A stretch of 26,272 bases of DNA, from positions 1 through 26,272 of the forward strand of contig CAYYFB010000005.1 of the NCBI GenBank assembly GCA_964471255.1. Reading direction: 5' to 3'. Below the pieces are notes generated by a model. That model was not told the DNA's origin, ran no database searches, and was given only the letters and a program-made list of their open reading frames with translations. The position numbers were made by a program, and so were the translations under genes. Positions within the stretch are counted from its first letter, which is position 1. Each line of letters starts with the position of its first letter. Shown piece by piece: positions 24,784-26,272 of this stretch. This DNA is from Candidatus Woesearchaeota archaeon (GTDB taxonomy: Archaea; Nanobdellota; Nanobdellia; CAYMVK01; CAYYFB01).

Positions 24784-25156
24784 AACTTATAGGATTTATT
24801 TCTACTATTTCTTTGCCTTTTCTCACACTCCAATTATTAAAGACAAGTAATAATGAAGTAAGACGCTGTTGTCCATCTATGATAAAATACGTTGATGAAG
24901 CCTCTTCCTTTATGTCGCCGATTAATGGTTTAGAAAGCGGGTCTATATCTTCTGGTTTATAACCTTCATGCTTTCTCCATAAGATAATATTACCTACGGG
25001 ATAACCATTCTTTATCGAATCTAATAATGCTAATACATCATCTTCATCCCAAACATATCTTCTCTGAAACGATGGCAGAAGATAATTACTTGTTTCCTCA
25101 ATGTCTTTTATAAGAGAAGGAATACTTTGTTTGTCAACTTTTATCGAGAATGACAA
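24701..25156 (-). CDS. DUF262 (ParB-like NTPase) part of a GmrSD-like enzyme
   Basis: 'LPSFQRRYVWDEDDVLALLDSIKNGYPVGNIILW' and 'FIIDGQQRLTSL' are the DUF262 signatures. TTG start. It overlaps the downstream ORF by 83 nt in another frame. Confidence 0.75.
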   Translation of the reverse strand: MSFSIKVDKQSIPSLIKDIEETSNYLLPSFQRRYVWDEDDVLALLDSIKNGYPVGNIILWRKHEGYKPEDIDPLSKPLIGDIKEEASSTYFIIDGQQRLTSLLLVFNNWSVRKGKEIVEINPISYDYSSDKFYKGTRRGMDVSNNCKRHCL

Positions 25157-25594
25157 GAAGGATTCACCAAGATTAAATAGAATTAAGCTGGTTATTTATT
25201 TCTTTTTAGGTTAAACCCTTTCATATTATATAGCGTAATGTATGTTAGATAGTCTGTAATATCGTGTGGCAGTAATCCTTCTGCGTTTCTACTCATAGAG
25301 GCTATGGTGATAACATTCAAGTAACATGTTCTCAATATTCTTTGCTTCATTCTGATGAGAATAAATGAAAAAACAAATCGGGCTAACCCATCTCTATAGC
25401 TCACTATTAACAGCTTCAGCAAAATCCTTCCAGTAATTTTATAAGATAACATCTATGTCACGCTTCCTCGAACTCCTTGGCCCAACTACTAAGTAATGGA
25501 ATAACGTCCCATATACTAGATAATAGGTATAAAAACTATACCTAACTGTCCCGGATTAATATCAACTGTTGGGACAAAACCTCGAAGGAACCAG

Positions 25595-25636
25595 CCCCCA
25601 AGCCGGAGATCCCGGGTTCAAATCCCGGCCGCCGCA
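25595..25636 (+). repeat. attR core: displaced 3' fragment of tRNA-Gly
   Basis: CCCCCAAGCCGGAGATCCCGGGTTCAAATCCCGGCCGCCGCA. There is no matching tRNA 5' half upstream. It is in the same orientation as the intact tRNA. Confidence 0.85.
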
Positions 25637-26125
25637 TAACATTTATTGAAAACATTTATTTAGTGCTCCATTTATTCATAGAAACCTCTTTATTATCGTA
25701 TTGTATAGCTGTGTTAATGTATATAATGCCTTGATAAAAACCTCTATGCAATAACTTGATCGGATAAAATGGTTACATACTAACATTAGTGATTTTAAGT
25801 ACAATCTTATACTTTTAAGAACTACTATATGGAATTAGTGAAGGACTAGTATTCTTTATACCATTAATAACTGCTATAAATATACCCTTACTTATAATAT
25901 ATCTATTCTTAAATCTCTTCAACGTAAATGAACTTATGGACTATATAATATTATAATATATAAATAACTTGTTTAAGTTAGTCTTCGTAGCTATAGATTT
26001 ACTTTTCAATCTAGGAATTTTGATCAAAGTAATTATATTTATATAATTGTTTAGCTTTTACTACCATAACATACATGCGTAATTTAATCTAAAAGACTAT
26101 CTTTAGCTACTCTCTGAGGAATGTT

Positions 26126-26272
26126 ATGAAACGTAATACCTCTAAGGGATTAATTGCATTAATGGGCACATCACTGATTAGGGGCTCGTCATTTCCAATA
26201 ATAAAAATTGTTGTAACGAATATAAGTGATTATACATACGTATGGTTAAGGAGTTTAATTGCTATATGTGGT
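26126..26272 (+). CDS. EamA/DMT-family permease, N-terminal fragment (runs off the window)
   Basis: 'GLIALMGTSLIRGSSFPIIKIVV' resembles the first TM helix and the 'WGSSF..IK' motif of EamA transporters. 49 codons are open to the window end. Confidence 0.45.
   Translation, partial: MKRNTSKGLIALMGTSLIRGSSFPIIKIVVTNISDYTYVWLRSLIAICG

Larger units (their letters stand above)
3550..25636. mobile_element. ~22.1 kb integrated element (plasmid/provirus-derived island) in tRNA-Gly
   Basis: Direct att repeats lie at both ends. An intact integrase gene starts 84 nt after the tRNA. Composition is mosaic and the cargo is accessory/defence-type. Host-like genes lie outside the repeats. Confidence 0.8.

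Noticed and set aside
25192-25452. 86-aa minus-strand ORF near attR.
   Set aside because: It has no motif. Fragments in neighbouring frames suggest remnant or non-coding sequence next to the att arm.
1-26272. CRISPR array, rRNA or IS transposase anywhere in the window.
   Set aside because: No regularly spaced 24-40-nt repeats, no rRNA-like conserved stretches, and no DDE/TnpB/IS200-type protein motifs were seen in any frame I read.

Overview
AT-rich archaeal (crenarchaeal-style) chromosome segment. All protein family calls are by-eye motif recognition; no search was run. Host backbone lies at 1-3593 and 25637-26272. It carries an NDP-sugar nucleotidyltransferase, archease, archaemetzincin, a tRNA-Phe with a non-canonical intron, a frame-disrupted Trm10-like methyltransferase, tRNA-Gly(CCC), and the start of an EamA-like permease. 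Between these lies a ~22.1 kb integrated element inserted into the 3' half of tRNA-Gly. It is bounded by a 41/42-nt direct repeat (3550-3590 vs 25595-25636), with an intact tyrosine integrase next to attL. The cargo looks like a mosaic defence/accessory island. (i) A G+C-rich secreted, N-glycosylation-rich protein module at 4998-7739. (ii) A wHTH protein with a small membrane protein, divergent from an HExxH membrane protease. (iii) A G+C-rich non-coding island packed with short direct and inverted repeats at ~12860-13320. (iv) A candidate HEPN (RNxxxH) protein split at a T5 run. (v) A translationally coupled operon of four unknown proteins at 14817-16911. (vi) The most interesting locus: a catalytically dead short Argonaute (MID-PIWI, 516 aa). 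It faces a convergent, 3'-overlapping two-gene operon encoding a C-terminally membrane-anchored helical protein and an N-L1-L2/APAZ-like partner. An AbrB-like mini-regulator and a perfect palindromic operator sit upstream. (vii) A GIY-YIG nuclease next to a split DUF262/DUF1524 (GmrSD-like) enzyme. Many genes, including a host gene, show frame disruptions, so assembly error cannot be separated from real gene decay. No CRISPR array, rRNA or recognisable transposase was seen.
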